Of a stretch of 64,000 bases of DNA, positions 63,303 through 64,000 are shown piece by piece. The notes under the pieces were generated by a model. It was not told where the DNA came from. It worked only from the letters and a program-made list of their open reading frames with translations, and ran no database searches. Position numbers and translations under genes: made by a program. The stretch comes from Mycobacteriales bacterium (lineage in GTDB: Bacteria; Actinomycetota; Actinomycetes; JAFAQI01): positions 130,298 through 194,297 of the forward strand of contig DASZVL010000087.1 in assembly GCA_035547035.1 (NCBI GenBank). Direction: 5' to 3'. How positions within the stretch are numbered: position 1 is the first letter of the stretch; each line of letters begins with the position of its first letter.

Positions 63303-64000
63303 ATGCGCCCAGCCCGGCTTTGGGCTGCGGTCGTCACGCTGCTCATCACCCTGTCCGCCTTCGGCGTGTCCGGTGAGTCTGTCGCGACCGCAGCTCCGTC
63401 CACCTATACCCACGGATTCGACCTGTCCTGGCCTCAGTGCCGGGGCCACAACGCCCACACCATGCCCGCCGCGCGGCCGAGCTACGTGATCCTCGGCCTC
63501 ACCCACGGGACCGGTCACACGCACAACCCGTGCCTGCGCTCGCAGCTGCGTTGGGCGCGTCACCACCATGCGAAGGTGGGCGGCTACCTCGTCGCGTCGT
63601 ACCCCTCCCAGAGGCAGCGGCGGTTCGCCAGCAGAGTCGGCCACTGTCACAGGCGCGTGACGTGTGAGCTGCGCGTTGACGGCTCACGCCAGGTCAACGA
63701 CGCACTGCGCACCTTGCACCGGGTGCACATGCGCTCGCCGATGCTCTGGCTCGACGTGGAGTTCCGCTCGACGCACGGCTGGCACCGGTCGAAGGCCCAC
63801 AACCGCGCGGTCCTGCAGGGCATGGTCCGCGGGCTGCACCGCAACCACAAGCGGTTCGGCGTCTACACGACGGGCTACATGTGGCACGCGATCGCCGGCC
63901 GCTACCGCCTGCACGTGCCGCAGTGGCTGCCGAGCGGGACGGCCAACCAGCGTCGTACGAAGGCGATGTGCCGTCGTACGGCGACGGGCGGGCGGACCTG
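63303..64000 (+). CDS. secreted glycoside-hydrolase-like protein (GH25 / Rv2525c DUF1906-like), N-terminal 232 aa; continues past the right edge
   Basis: Not in the ORF track because there is no stop in the window. My translation reads MRPARLWAAVVTLLITLSAFGVSGESVATAAPSTYTHGFDLSWPQC...MLWLDVEF...RFGVYTTGYMWHAI... The G-F-D-x-S-W-P-Q, WLDVE and GVYT blocks resemble lysozyme-like TIM barrels. Confidence 0.5.
   Translation, partial: MRPARLWAAVVTLLITLSAFGVSGESVATAAPSTYTHGFDLSWPQCRGHNAHTMPAARPSYVILGLTHGTGHTHNPCLRSQLRWARHHHAKVGGYLVASYPSQRQRRFASRVGHCHRRVTCELRVDGSRQVNDALRTLHRVHMRSPMLWLDVEFRSTHGWHRSKAHNRAVLQGMVRGLHRNHKRFGVYTTGYMWHAIAGRYRLHVPQWLPSGTANQRRTKAMCRRTATGGRT

Overview
Very GC-rich (judged by eye, not computed) chromosomal core segment of an Actinomycetota genome. 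Gene order resembles the Streptomyces-type neighbourhood dnaK-grpE-dnaJ-hspR / clpB / pyrE / fbaA / purA / purD-purB-purC-purS-purQ-purL / purF-purM / DUF3073 / vdh / bldC. I support about 60 protein genes, two of which run off the window edges and are missing from the ORF track. There are also 2 tRNAs, Gly-CCC and Phe-GAA. Small accessory insertions interrupt the core: (1) lipoprotein, GT4 glycosyltransferase, NarL/HisKA_3 two-component system and ABC-2 exporter at 7.7-13.3 kb; (2) an antisense two-gene cassette splitting purS from purQ; (3) a P450 / tannase-like hydrolase / flavodoxin islet between purL and purF; (4) a copper-linked cluster (cupredoxin-sedolisin divergent from SCO-SpoIIE phosphatase) at 55-62 kb. 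I saw no transposase, integrase, prophage gene, CRISPR array or recognisable defence or toxin-antitoxin gene. I cannot point to a convincing new multi-gene protein system. The most unusual signals are non-coding. Two small families of sequence-related compound palindromes occur: one pair brackets clpB and starts on stop codons, the other pair shares an invariant GGTTATAGGC apex. A 146-nt multi-hairpin convergent spacer carries four GCGCAAC/GTTGCGC heptamers. A 13-nt direct repeat sits upstream of a leaderless Fe-S reductase gene. A TANNNT-N6-GTG leaderless geometry recurs. All family assignments rest on motif recognition in the supplied translations, because no database search was possible.
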